This document shows positions 9,209 through 19,452 of a stretch of DNA of 64,000 bases, piece after piece; within the stretch, counting starts at the first letter, position 1; every line of letters starts with the position of its first letter. Source of the DNA: Edaphobacter sp. (lineage in GTDB: Bacteria > Acidobacteriota > Terriglobia > Terriglobales > Acidobacteriaceae). The stretch spans positions 2,756 to 66,755 of the forward strand of contig DATAVY010000146.1 of NCBI GenBank assembly GCA_036267495.1, in the 5' to 3' direction. A model generated the notes under the pieces. The model did not search any database, was not told the DNA's origin, and saw only the letters and a list, made by a program, of their open reading frames with translations. A program made the translations under genes and the position numbers.

Positions 9209-9516
9209 AAAGAGAGATTCAGATTCGCTTGCTTCCTGCGGTATTGATGGTACTGGCCGGCCCAATGCTTCTGGCCCAGTCCGCCACCACGTTTAAGCCC
9301 GCCGCCAAAGCACCCGCAAAGGCGACGGGAAAGATCGATGCTACGAAAGTGTCAGACGTGGGCCAGCGGAAATTTCAGGCGAACTGCGGCCGATGTCACG
9401 CGGCTCCGGAACAACTGTCTCCATCAATCAGCGGCACAGTCGTTCGTCATATGAGAGTTCGGGCAAATCTCAGCGCCCAGGATGAAAAGGATATTCTGAA
9501 GTTCCTTGTCCCTTAG
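9205..9516 (+). CDS. Small periplasmic monoheme cytochrome c
   Basis: Signal peptide, CGRCH, downstream RHMRVRANL; ATGA overlap with the porin gene. Confidence 0.85.
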   Translation: MKREIQIRLLPAVLMVLAGPMLLAQSATTFKPAAKAPAKATGKIDATKVSDVGQRKFQANCGRCHAAPEQLSPSISGTVVRHMRVRANLSAQDEKDILKFLVP

Positions 9517-9558
9517 CGGCTCTTGCGGCGGCACGGCATTATGAAGCGATGCCGGGGA

Positions 9559-9729
9559 TTAGCTGGGGTCTTTATGCCGCGTGGTCTGTACACCGGTTAC
9601 AACACCAATGCCAAGCATAATCAGCGCAATTGCCAGGATGTAGTGTTGTGGAATATGCATCAAATGCGCCAAATAGGCCACGCCCGCAATCAGAATCAGA
9701 TAGCCGACTGCATAAATTCCGAATGACAT
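9559..9729 (-). CDS. Small two-TM membrane protein (56 aa)
   Basis: AGGAGA RBS; MSFGIYAVGYLILIAGVAYLAHL..TRHKDPS. Confidence 0.7.
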   Translation of the reverse strand: MSFGIYAVGYLILIAGVAYLAHLMHIPQHYILAIALIMLGIGVVTGVQTTRHKDPS

Positions 9730-9932
9730 GATCTTTCTCCTCACCAAAATTCAGGGGCCTGGTGCTAAGTGTGATGCAGAAATTGAGGCTTTTGAGGTTT
9801 GACTAGAGCCCGAAATAATGAACTCCACCTTAGACGGGCTTTCGTTTGGCGACAGTATGGGTGCGTGTCTGGGTCGAATCGATGTCAGTACGCCGACGCG
9901 GAAAGAAATCTCTGAGTTGCGTTGCGATGAGT

Positions 9933-11588
9933 TCAATTCCCGTTGAAATACGTATAGAGCTTGACCCTGTAGACGCGAAAGTCGTGAGCATCCATAGAGA
10001 GCTCCCGCCCCTGATTGCTCTGATCGCCGTTCAGCTGACGCACTGCGATCCATTTGCCGTCGACGTTAGAGACTTGCTCGATCTTCGCGATTCCACCTCT
10101 GCGATCGTCGACGTCGGGATCACGCGAGAAAGCAACAGTGAGTCCGCTGCCCAGAATGTAGAATTCGTCTGGCGCGATTTCGAGTACCATCATGGCGCCC
10201 TCGGAGGTTAGGAGATTTCTGGCCGGCCAGCCTCGTGACAAACTTGCGCGAAAAAGAAATCCTCCAAGCGCGACCGTCTGCGAGGCCCTCGGGCTCGTCT
10301 CATGCAGCACCATGCCACGGATCTTGTTCTCCCGTTGTGCCTGCAGAATAATGCTGCTCATCCGATTTAGCGCGTCGTATTCCTCAGACAATTGGAGACC
10401 CGTCTGACCAGAAGTCTGGCCCATTGAAAGAGAATCCACGGCAAATGGAGAGAAGCCGAACCCACGTGCTTCGCCAAACGCGTATAAGGCGTTGAAGGGA
10501 GCGAGTTCGAGCCGTGCTTCAGGAACGAAGATGGGATTTCCGGCCGCCTGGTAGCGCTGAATCCAGTGCTCGAAGTCCGGCCAGTAAATGTCAGGGGAAT
10601 AAAAATCGATAGAAGGGGCTGCTGCACGATAGATCGTCTGGTAGTCCGGGTGGGGGCCGCCGCTGGGATACTCTCCCGCCTGCTCGAATGGCGCGGGAAG
10701 CTGCGCGTTCATATACATTGGCAGGGCATATTCTTTCTTTGCCGCATTGGCCACCCGATTGACAAACGAGCCGTAGTGCCATGCCATGAACGCCTCATCC
10801 GCAGCAGGTCCGAACATCTCCTTCCAGCTATGTCCTGCAGGGTTGAACGGCACTCCAGGTTTGAGTGAACTGCGCTGCGCGGCAAGTGCTGTGGAGAGCT
10901 GTGCAGGCACAGGTTCCTGGAAGAGTCTATTTGCTACCTCCGAACGATCGCGTCCGCCGATTCCCAGATAGCCGATCTCGTTTTCCACCTGGATCATTAA
11001 AACCGTCTGCTGCGCCGCATCTTCGTTGCGAAGATGACGCATCAGGGCAGCCAAGGCGCGACTGTCGCAACGCGCAGTTTCTTCGCCAAATGGAGAAAGG
11101 ATCTCGAGTGGAAGGCCGTCGGCTGAGATCGAACGGGGAAAGCGCTTCGTATTCGAAAGCACCCACTCGGGCGCATAATTCGAGAAGGCATTTTTCCAAC
11201 TCCCGAACCAGAGGATCACGAGATGAAGATTCTGCTGCCGAGCGATCGCGATCCAGTGATCAACGATGGAGAAATCGAAATGCCCTTCCTCAGGCTCCAT
11301 CTGATCCCAGGCAACAGGCATCAGGACGGTGTTGAGGTGAAGCTGAGCCAAACGAGGCAGGATGGAATCTGCCTCTGCGGAAGTCCCGGCCGAAGAGTTG
11401 CCAAGCTCACCGCCGAGCACAAGCAGCGGTTCGCCGTGCACGATGAGCTGGGAGGCCGCACCCTGCGTTCGCACCGCCGGCAGATCCTGTGTGGGTGAAG
11501 TCTGCGCGGAAATCAGAAGAACGCAGAGGGCTACGACAGATTGGAAGCAGTTTTTCAGACACCCTCCGTATCTGCAGGCCGGGCCCAT
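9933..11588 (-). CDS. GH35 beta-galactosidase-like protein with DUF5597-type C-terminus
   Basis: GELGNSS, EPEEGHFDF, WFGSWKN, MIQVENE, YPSGGP, PDIY, FVPE, LNGDQ. Confidence 0.85.
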   Translation of the reverse strand: MGPACRYGGCLKNCFQSVVALCVLLISAQTSPTQDLPAVRTQGAASQLIVHGEPLLVLGGELGNSSAGTSAEADSILPRLAQLHLNTVLMPVAWDQMEPEEGHFDFSIVDHWIAIARQQNLHLVILWFGSWKNAFSNYAPEWVLSNTKRFPRSISADGLPLEILSPFGEETARCDSRALAALMRHLRNEDAAQQTVLMIQVENEIGYLGIGGRDRSEVANRLFQEPVPAQLSTALAAQRSSLKPGVPFNPAGHSWKEMFGPAADEAFMAWHYGSFVNRVANAAKKEYALPMYMNAQLPAPFEQAGEYPSGGPHPDYQTIYRAAAPSIDFYSPDIYWPDFEHWIQRYQAAGNPIFVPEARLELAPFNALYAFGEARGFGFSPFAVDSLSMGQTSGQTGLQLSEEYDALNRMSSIILQAQRENKIRGMVLHETSPRASQTVALGGFLFRASLSRGWPARNLLTSEGAMMVLEIAPDEFYILGSGLTVAFSRDPDVDDRRGGIAKIEQVSNVDGKWIAVRQLNGDQSNQGRELSMDAHDFRVYRVKLYTYFNGN

Positions 11589-11615
11589 GCGTGAACGCGT
11601 CGCGCTGCGCGACTT

Positions 11616-13184
11616 CTACTGGTTCTGTTTCGAATATCCGGTGAACTGATCCACCCATTGAATGAAATATTTCATATTCGGCGCATCGGTGTGGCCGCCA
11701 TCGTCCTGCCGCCATGCAAGTTGGCCACTGAGCAGGCCGTCATTGACGGGAGGCATTTTGGCAGTGTGATAATCCTCTTCGACGCCGAGGCTTTTAGTTC
11801 CCAGCAGCGTCCACACCGGGCTTGCCGCCACGGTCGCCATCCAGCTACCCCGTTGGTCGAGCCATTTGGCGTCCCCTTTCTCGGGGATACCGTAGCTGAT
11901 AAAGGTAAGCCGCGGAGCGCAGAGGGCGATCAGTTCATTGGAATCCACGGGGATGTCGCCCGGGGTCATGCTTCCGAAGCTCGCATCCGATGCTCCGTAT
12001 TTCAGGAAATTTCCCGCCATCCAGTAGTATTCTCCGCCGGTCAGGCTTTCCACCGCTTCGCCGAAGTTACGGCGCAACGGCGTAGCGCCTCCCTTGCCGG
12101 AAGAACCTACGAGCACCATGGCAAAACGCTGATCGAAGGCCATGGTGACCAGAGCGGCCTTGCCATAGCGCGAGACACCTTCGATCCCCACATGCTTCGC
12201 GTCGACGCTGGGATCTGTCTGGAGATAATCGAGACCTTGTCCGGCGGCCCAGGCCCACGTTCGCAATGCTCCCCAGTCGTCCGGTTTGCGCGGCTGGCCT
12301 TTGTTCACGAGGCCAATGATGCCACGCGTGAGCGCAGCCGCGTTGTCGGGTTGCGCGCTTTGCGGATCGAGAGTGGCGAATCCCCAGCCGGCCGATATCA
12401 ACTCCCATTCGCTGGGCGGGTCACCATCGGCGTTCCTCTGCGGAAATTCAAACGGGACCGGGCGCACCGGATCCCAGCCGGGGTGTTGTGCTATGACATC
12501 CTTCAGCGACGGGTCCTGTTGCGCGAGCAGCGCCTTCATGGCTGCATTGATGCGCTCCAGTTCCGCTGGCGAAGGCTGGACCGGCGCGGGAAACCTGCTG
12601 GGACCGAACATCATTAAGACCGGAACCGGGCCTTTCACGTCGGCAGGAATCACCAATGTCATGCGGATATTTACGCTGATCAGGGGATATGCTGAATTGT
12701 CGACGCGGCCTACGAGTTGCTTCGCAACAACGGGATGGAACGCGAGCATCTCCTTCTCGCTGGCTGCCACGGACCAAGTGACCTTCGGCACATTGCCGGG
12801 CATCCGTCCGTAAACGTTCTCTTCAAAACCGCGTACTATCTCCGGCCGTCTTTGCTTCCACCACATTTCCGCAGTGGTTACCTTCTTGCCGTCGTTCAAA
12901 GTAAGCGGATCGGGCAGATCGGGATAGCGATTCGCCTTCGACTCGTCATAGTTTGCATGGTCCGGAGCTTTCTCATCTCCGCTGGGGCCGGGCCGAAGAG
13001 CCTTAATCCCAAGTTGATCCATCATATTCTGATGATCCTGCTCGGCGGTGAACGTAACGGGCGGAGCTACTTTGCCGTTTGCTGCAGCGGTATTCTGCGC
13101 CCCTGCCGAGGCTATGGCCACGCCCAAGGAAGCGACAAGGGAAAGCGACAGCAGCATGACAGGCAAACGCTTCGAAATCCGCAT
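11616..13184 (-). CDS. CE15-like (glucuronoyl/acetylxylan) esterase, secreted
   Basis: NYDESKA, LPDPL, WGALRTWAW, nucleophile motif GVSRYGK, GGH; signal peptide. Confidence 0.82.
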   Translation of the reverse strand: MRISKRLPVMLLSLSLVASLGVAIASAGAQNTAAANGKVAPPVTFTAEQDHQNMMDQLGIKALRPGPSGDEKAPDHANYDESKANRYPDLPDPLTLNDGKKVTTAEMWWKQRRPEIVRGFEENVYGRMPGNVPKVTWSVAASEKEMLAFHPVVAKQLVGRVDNSAYPLISVNIRMTLVIPADVKGPVPVLMMFGPSRFPAPVQPSPAELERINAAMKALLAQQDPSLKDVIAQHPGWDPVRPVPFEFPQRNADGDPPSEWELISAGWGFATLDPQSAQPDNAAALTRGIIGLVNKGQPRKPDDWGALRTWAWAAGQGLDYLQTDPSVDAKHVGIEGVSRYGKAALVTMAFDQRFAMVLVGSSGKGGATPLRRNFGEAVESLTGGEYYWMAGNFLKYGASDASFGSMTPGDIPVDSNELIALCAPRLTFISYGIPEKGDAKWLDQRGSWMATVAASPVWTLLGTKSLGVEEDYHTAKMPPVNDGLLSGQLAWRQDDGGHTDAPNMKYFIQWVDQFTGYSKQNQ

Positions 13185-13231
13185 AGGTTATGTCCTTACT
13201 CCAATAAAATCTCGTCCATCCGATTTAATAG

Positions 13232-15313
13232 TCATTGCCTGGGAACGGAATTCTGGCGCGATGAATCCTGACCTTGTACTCGCGCCCGGAGCTGGTTATA
13301 GGTCTCCATCTCTCTCTGCGCGTCTGCCACTCTATGAGCTGCCGTGTAGGCATCGGCCAGCGACTGGTGGAATTTTTCGCTGCCCGGCAGCAGCCGCGCC
13401 GCCGTTTCAAGCTCCGGAATCGCTGCCGCCGTGTCGCCCCTCTCGAGCTCCATCCTGCCGAGATCGAAGTGCGCGTCGGCATCGGTTGGACCAAGCCGAA
13501 GTGCGGTGCGGAGTTCTTCAAGCGCACGTTGTTTCTCTCCCTGCTGATTTAGCGCTTCTGCGAGAGAGCGGTGCACATCGGGAATCTCGGGATGCAACTT
13601 TTCCAGCGCGCTCAGCCGCTCCTCCCCGGAGGCGATTCGGCCGGTTTTAATCAGGGACTCTGCATAGACGTACTCTGCCTGTGGAGCAAGCTCGCTCTTT
13701 CCGATGAGAGGCTGGAGCGTCTCAATGCATCCGGAGTAGTTTCCCGTCATGAACTGGCTGATGGCCAGCACGCTGGCGGCGCCGGCATCGTCTGGGTGCG
13801 ACTTTCGATAGCGCGACAGCGGCATAATTGCATCCCCAAACAAGGATCCGGCGAACGCCGCTCGCCCCCAGTTATAGTCGAGTCCCTCGAGCGAAGGATT
13901 CCAGGCGGCGGCCCGTTCGAAGTAAATCACTGCATGCGGATAATCGCTGTTGGTTGCGGCGATCGCTCCCAGATTGTTATAGCTGTCGGCGATCGGGGAT
14001 TTAATCTGCTCTCGCAATTCTTCGACCCTGCGCGTCATTGCCGGGTCGATCGCCGCCGCACCCGCGGAAGGCGTTGTCGCGGCTTCTTCTACGGATAGCT
14101 GGCTGTTCTGAGGGGCGGATGGGTCCAGGAGTCCTCCCAGCTTGCTTTTATCCTGCGTCAGCGTTTTGTTGGCCAGTTCGCGCGAGATCGCCATCTCCGC
14201 ATGCGCTGCATCCTGTCGCCCCTGTTGCATCAGAATTCTGCCCAGAAAGAAGTGCGCCTTCTGGACCTGATATCGATTCCGCGAAACATCCACGGTAAGA
14301 CGAATGCATTCACGAAGAGCAGTTTCCGCCTCTGCGGAACGGTTCGTATCGAAATAGAGCTGGCCCAGGTACAGATAGGCATCGGGACTTTGCGGCCCGA
14401 AGGAGATCGCCTTCTTCAGGTAGGCTTCTGCCTCGGGATAGTTGTTGCGGGTTGCGGCGATCTTCCCGAGCGCCGTATAGGCGATGGAGTCGCGGGGGGA
14501 AATAACCAGCTCCTTCTTGAGCTCCGCTTCTGCCTCTGCGACATGGCTTTCGTCGGCGCCGGTCGCCAGCAGAATGGCGGCGAGCAAATAGTGAGCGCCG
14601 GGCAAACGCGGGTTTTCCTCGATCGCTCGCTTGAATTCCGTTACCGCTCGCATCTGGAAATCCGAGTCGCCGTAAGCGCGGCCGAACGCCATGTGGATCT
14701 CTGGAGTGTCCCCGAATGATTTCTCCATCTCGTCAAAAATCCGCACGGCGCATTTTTCGTCATTGAGATCGAGGCAGGCTACGGCGAGGTCATATCCGTT
14801 GGGGAAAGTGGGATCCAAGGCTACGGCTGTTTCCAGTTCTTTCCGTGCTTCCTGATCACGATTCATCTTCAGAAGCGTTCGTCCGCGCACCTGATGCGCC
14901 TGAGCGAGCTGCTCGCGATTGCCCGGGTACTTCTGCAGGAAATCCGTCGCTAACGTTGTTGCATGGGGAAGATCGCCCAGAGTCAATGCCGTTCGCGCGT
15001 AATCAAGGAGGAGGGATTGGGAATCCGGTTCTAAGGTCAGAGCTTCATCGAATAACGGAGCCGCTTGCGTGTAATCCCTTAGCAGGCCATATCCGGCGGC
15101 CAGCTCGCCAAGGGCGTCTGCTAGAAATGCTCTGTACTTTTCGGCGGCCTCGTTGATTCTGCCGGTCCGTTGCAGTTCCTGGGCATCATTGTAGTGCTGC
15201 TGCAGCGGCTTTTCGCGTCCCGCCTCCTTGTTCGGAGTCTGCGCCGAAAGGCTCACAGCGCAGATCGATAGCAAAATAAGGAGTGTGCCACGGCGTTTCA
15301 ATGGGACGAACAT
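13232..15313 (-). CDS. Periplasmic tetratricopeptide-repeat protein
   Basis: Signal peptide followed by many TPR-like helical repeats; start approximate. Confidence 0.85.
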   Translation of the reverse strand: MFVPLKRRGTLLILLSICAVSLSAQTPNKEAGREKPLQQHYNDAQELQRTGRINEAAEKYRAFLADALGELAAGYGLLRDYTQAAPLFDEALTLEPDSQSLLLDYARTALTLGDLPHATTLATDFLQKYPGNREQLAQAHQVRGRTLLKMNRDQEARKELETAVALDPTFPNGYDLAVACLDLNDEKCAVRIFDEMEKSFGDTPEIHMAFGRAYGDSDFQMRAVTEFKRAIEENPRLPGAHYLLAAILLATGADESHVAEAEAELKKELVISPRDSIAYTALGKIAATRNNYPEAEAYLKKAISFGPQSPDAYLYLGQLYFDTNRSAEAETALRECIRLTVDVSRNRYQVQKAHFFLGRILMQQGRQDAAHAEMAISRELANKTLTQDKSKLGGLLDPSAPQNSQLSVEEAATTPSAGAAAIDPAMTRRVEELREQIKSPIADSYNNLGAIAATNSDYPHAVIYFERAAAWNPSLEGLDYNWGRAAFAGSLFGDAIMPLSRYRKSHPDDAGAASVLAISQFMTGNYSGCIETLQPLIGKSELAPQAEYVYAESLIKTGRIASGEERLSALEKLHPEIPDVHRSLAEALNQQGEKQRALEELRTALRLGPTDADAHFDLGRMELERGDTAAAIPELETAARLLPGSEKFHQSLADAYTAAHRVADAQREMETYNQLRARVQGQDSSRQNSVPRQ

Positions 15314-15463
15314 GATAGAACCATGAATCGATGGAATGGCCACCGTCGACTTCAAATCGTATCACTCTGCCACACGCCGCAGATATTGAGTCCGGAGAAG
15401 CGGGTAGAGGCGAATTCTGTATACCGGACCGCGGCCAATAGAGATCTCTTGCTGAACCATTAG

Positions 15464-15503
15464 AAAAAAAACGGAAGGTGAACATCAGTTCACCTTCCGT
15501 TTT
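15464..15503 (-). terminator. Rho-independent terminator of the TonB receptor gene
   Basis: Hairpin ACGGAAGGTGAAC-ATCA-GTTCACCTTCCGT followed by T8 on the minus strand, directly after the stop. Confidence 0.85.
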
Positions 15504-15514
15504 CAGGAGGGGTG

Positions 15515-18500
15515 CTAGAAGAAATACTTGACGTTCAGTGTGATGGTGCGCGAGGACGGTCCCGACGATGCCGATGCCGGTCCCGTTTTGCTGTCCATCA
15601 CGCCGAAGGTGTTGACGTTGTAGTTCTTTGTGATGTTTTTCGTGACATAATCCACGGTGTAATTCAACCCGAGCGTCGGCGTTCCGGAGCTGAAATTCGG
15701 CAAGGGGTGGTTCAGCCAGTTATAGGCGCTGGCCCGAAGCTGGATTTGCTGATTTTCATGACCGGGAACATGAAAAGACCTGTAGATCGCCAGGTCGTTA
15801 TCGAAATAAGCTCCGGTGCTCATATAGGGAATGTTGTTGCCGCCCTGCGTTCCGACCGCGGGCGCACTAAAGCAGTTCCCATTGACGCGCTGGTAGTGGA
15901 TGAGGCCGGAGTTTGGGTTGCAGGTGAGCACAGGCATAATCGGCACAGCAGTATCCGTTCCAAAGTACGTGGGAGAACCGATGCCAGTCCCGACTGTTGG
16001 CGGCCTCACGCCGGTATAGGACAGTCCGAGACCGAAGTTCGGCACGCCATTCCCAAGCGCAACGGGAATGTAACCGCCGCTCTGCCAGGTCGAGATTCCG
16101 GAGATGGTCCATCCTCCCCCCAGCTGGTTGATGAATGCCTGCGAGGTATGGAGTCTCCCGCTCTGGTAGTAGTAGCTGGCGTTGAAGACAATCGGCCGGT
16201 CAGTCTGGGTCGGACCGTAGTTCCGGTTGATGTCGAATGGGTTCTCCTCCAGACCCGTCCCCAGCGTCTTCGACCAGGTCGCGTTCAGGTTATAGCCGAG
16301 GTGGCCAGTCGTCTTGATCCATGCCACCTGCAGACCGTTGTAGTTGGTGTAAGAGGTGCTTTGAATCATAGCCGCGGCATTGGTGCCGTACGCATAGCCG
16401 AATGGATGATAATCTGCCGCCGTATTGTGGGTTGGGGTTCCGGTCGCGGTGCCGTTGGGATTGGTTCCCAGGTTTTCCGGGTTGGTGGACAGCACACCGG
16501 TGACTGGATCTGGTTTGAAGAAGGCTCCGATGGGGGTTTTGTTCTGATCGGCGAGCGCGGTGAATAAGGTGCCGCTTTGAATCCCCTGGCTGGCGCTAAG
16601 AAGCTGGCTAGTGCTGCTTCCCACGTAAGCGATGTCGAGCAGGGTATTCCACTTCAGTCTCTGGTCGATCGTAAGGTTGTAGGCAAAGGTGAGCGGCTGG
16701 CCGTAGTCTCCCGGATCGAAGCCGTTCTGCGCTCCGCTCGTGCACTGAGCCGGGGTCAGAGCCGGAGACTTGCAAGGCGCGAAGGCCAGTTGGTTGAGCT
16801 GCGAAAGCATCAGAGTCTTCGCGCCGGGCGAACTGAAACTCAGGACGTGCTGCGCGGTCACCAGCTGCGCCCCGACGTCATTGACCTGGGTAACGAAACG
16901 GTAAGCGCCCCATCCGCCGCGAAGCATGGTATTGCCGTTCCCGCGCACATCGTAGGAAAGGCCGAGCCGCGGGTCGAAGTAGGCGAAACGGTTGGGCTGG
17001 CCGCTCAGCGGAACGCCCGCATCGATGGCGTGCCAATAGTATCCCGGAGCGTACTTGCCGCTGTTGAAGTCGGACAATACCCGGTCGGGATAGAAGACCG
17101 CCATGCCGACGTGATCGCGATCGTACCAGTGGCCGATGTGCTCCACGCGCGCGCCAAGCTCAAGGGTCAGACGCTTGGTTGCTCTCCAGTTATCCGCCAC
17201 AAAAAACGCCGTCGACTGGTAGGCGGTATCGCCAATGGGAGACGAGTTGTGCTCGGTATAACCCGACATGATGCCCATGGTGAAGTTAGCCACGGGGTTA
17301 CCTGAGCCAAGCTGGTTGCCGGTGATGAGATTTGGATTCTGACCCCCGCGAATGGTAAGCGATCCGTCCTGAAAGGTGCTGAAGGTGCTCTGGAAATTGT
17401 CGGTGTTCTGCGTGAATGCGCCCATCTTCACTGTGTGCGCGCCCCAGACCTTGGTCAGAGTATCGCTGAACTGGGGAGCTTCTTTCCTGACGGCGTACTG
17501 TCCTGGAGGGTTGTCAAAGATAGAATTCTGCGAGAAGTCCGGGAAGCTGAAGCTTCCGGCACTGCTATAAGCGGGGATGTTGAGAGAGGCCGTCTGAAAC
17601 ACCTTGGGATAGGGATAGCCCAGGGTTGTCCGGTAGGCCGCCGATGGGTTTGGCTGGACGAAGGGAAAGTCGCCGAACGACCATGCCGCCATGAAATCGT
17701 TGGTAGTTGTGGCGTTGAAGTTGTGAACGAAATGCCCTGCGAGGGATTTGCCCCTGAAGGCCTGGGACTCGCCCCCGCCAGGGTAGGGAATCGAATTGCC
17801 CGGCGTCCAGAACAGGTGAGCGCCGTTGCCTTGGGCCAACTGCGAATTCCATGCCTGCTGGTAGGACCCGTAGATCTTGGTATTGGGCCCCAGTTGATAG
17901 TCGACCCGGAGGCGATAGATCCATCCGTTATTGATGTTCGGAATGGGCTGAGAGTAGTTGAAGCCGCCGATCGTGGTCGCCGGGTTCGCATTGGCCGCGG
18001 GCCAGATCTTGGCCAGCGCCTGGGCGCCCGGATCGATGAATTGCGAAGGAATCTTATGGCCGGAGTTCGGGTTGACCGTATCGGGGTTGACAGGGATGCT
18101 GCTGCCGTCCGGGAAGACGGTTCCCGAAAGATCGTTGCACCACGGGCCCTGTTGGTAGCCTTTGTTGGTCGATGTAGCCGCATAGAATCCGTTGGGGCAA
18201 AGAGTCCGGTTGTCTGCGTTATCGTTGGTGAAATTCCCGGCCATCATCTCCGGAGTGGGGATATAGGACGTCAAAACATTTGCGTTGCCCTGATTTTGCA
18301 GCCACCGCTCGTAGCCGCCCCAGAAGAACAGCTTCTTGTGGGTGAACGGCACCGGGCCGCCGAAGTTGCCTCCGGGATAGTAGTAGGCCTGGGGCCCCTG
18401 AGGGGTTCCCTGATGGTTGCTCTGCCAGTCGTTGGCGTTCAACACGCTGTTGCGCGCGACGAAGTAACCTTCGCCGTGATACCGGTCGCCCCCGGATTTA

Positions 18501-19321
18501 CTGATAGTGCTTACAACCACCGGGCCAAATGGCGTCTCAGCACCGAAGTTCGACGCCTGCACGCTGACCTCCGCGGTCATCTCCGGGTTGATGACCGAGA
18601 CCGATGCCGCCATATTGCCTGGGTCGATGGTGTTGGCTCCGTCGGCCAGCAATGCTGTTCCGCCGCGATTCACCGCGCCATTAATATTGACGCCGCTGCC
18701 GATCGCACTCTGCTGAACGCTCGTGTTCAGATCGTTGTACATCGGGGCGTTGTTGGTAAGGCTGGCGGAGACTGTTGTCGCGCCTGGCAGCACTTTCAGC
18801 AGCTCTGTCACATCGCGGCCCACGAGAGCCAGGTTTTCGATGTCTTTTGAAGTCAGAACGCTGGTGCGCGCCCCATTGTCCACGGGAATCATCTCGCTAG
18901 AAGCTTCGACCGTGACTGTCGTCGCCTCAGAACCCACGCTCAGCGCAATCTCTGGGACAGCGCGCACGTCTCCGGCGTGCAGCTCGATTCCGGTAATCTC
19001 TTTGGGTTGAAAACTTTTTGCGTCCACCTTTACCGTATAGGTGCCCGGCACCAGCGAGGGAAAGGTATACAGTCCCTGGCGGTTGGTTTGCACGATACGC
19101 GTGATCCCGGTCGCTTGATCGGTCAGCGTTACCTGGGCCCCGGGAATCATAGCGCCCGAGTTATCCTGCACGGTACCTGTCAATTGGGCCGTGGTTTGCG
19201 CGTGGATTGTGGACGCGGATACAAAAAGCAATGCAAAACCGATAAGTGAAAGAATCCGACGGCCTCGTCCACATACGTGTCGCAGGTTTTGGCCAGTAAG
19301 AACGCCATATATGCTGTTCAT
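15515..19321 (-). CDS. Oar-like TonB-dependent receptor with carboxypeptidase-regulatory-like N-terminal domain
   Basis: GTVQDNSGAMIPGAQVTL, RNSVLNANDW, PRLGLSYD, C-terminal KYFF; GGAGG RBS before ATG 19321. Confidence 0.9.
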   Translation of the reverse strand: MNSIYGVLTGQNLRHVCGRGRRILSLIGFALLFVSASTIHAQTTAQLTGTVQDNSGAMIPGAQVTLTDQATGITRIVQTNRQGLYTFPSLVPGTYTVKVDAKSFQPKEITGIELHAGDVRAVPEIALSVGSEATTVTVEASSEMIPVDNGARTSVLTSKDIENLALVGRDVTELLKVLPGATTVSASLTNNAPMYNDLNTSVQQSAIGSGVNINGAVNRGGTALLADGANTIDPGNMAASVSVINPEMTAEVSVQASNFGAETPFGPVVVSTISKSGGDRYHGEGYFVARNSVLNANDWQSNHQGTPQGPQAYYYPGGNFGGPVPFTHKKLFFWGGYERWLQNQGNANVLTSYIPTPEMMAGNFTNDNADNRTLCPNGFYAATSTNKGYQQGPWCNDLSGTVFPDGSSIPVNPDTVNPNSGHKIPSQFIDPGAQALAKIWPAANANPATTIGGFNYSQPIPNINNGWIYRLRVDYQLGPNTKIYGSYQQAWNSQLAQGNGAHLFWTPGNSIPYPGGGESQAFRGKSLAGHFVHNFNATTTNDFMAAWSFGDFPFVQPNPSAAYRTTLGYPYPKVFQTASLNIPAYSSAGSFSFPDFSQNSIFDNPPGQYAVRKEAPQFSDTLTKVWGAHTVKMGAFTQNTDNFQSTFSTFQDGSLTIRGGQNPNLITGNQLGSGNPVANFTMGIMSGYTEHNSSPIGDTAYQSTAFFVADNWRATKRLTLELGARVEHIGHWYDRDHVGMAVFYPDRVLSDFNSGKYAPGYYWHAIDAGVPLSGQPNRFAYFDPRLGLSYDVRGNGNTMLRGGWGAYRFVTQVNDVGAQLVTAQHVLSFSSPGAKTLMLSQLNQLAFAPCKSPALTPAQCTSGAQNGFDPGDYGQPLTFAYNLTIDQRLKWNTLLDIAYVGSSTSQLLSASQGIQSGTLFTALADQNKTPIGAFFKPDPVTGVLSTNPENLGTNPNGTATGTPTHNTAADYHPFGYAYGTNAAAMIQSTSYTNYNGLQVAWIKTTGHLGYNLNATWSKTLGTGLEENPFDINRNYGPTQTDRPIVFNASYYYQSGRLHTSQAFINQLGGGWTISGISTWQSGGYIPVALGNGVPNFGLGLSYTGVRPPTVGTGIGSPTYFGTDTAVPIMPVLTCNPNSGLIHYQRVNGNCFSAPAVGTQGGNNIPYMSTGAYFDNDLAIYRSFHVPGHENQQIQLRASAYNWLNHPLPNFSSGTPTLGLNYTVDYVTKNITKNYNVNTFGVMDSKTGPASASSGPSSRTITLNVKYFF

Positions 19322-19422
19322 TTTCTGCCTCCAAAAATTTACGCTGACAAATAGCTGTCTTGCGGGAATACGTCTATAAAGCTTCATTCAACCCAAGGCT
19401 TGCGATTTTGTTAGCGACCGAA

Positions 19423-19452
19423 ACTATAGGGGAAGTTTTTTATGGCTGTCAA
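19423..19452 (-). promoter_or_regulatory. Sigma70-type promoter for the glycan TonB receptor operon
   Basis: TTGACA-N18-TATAGT on the minus strand about 100 nt upstream of the start. Confidence 0.6.
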
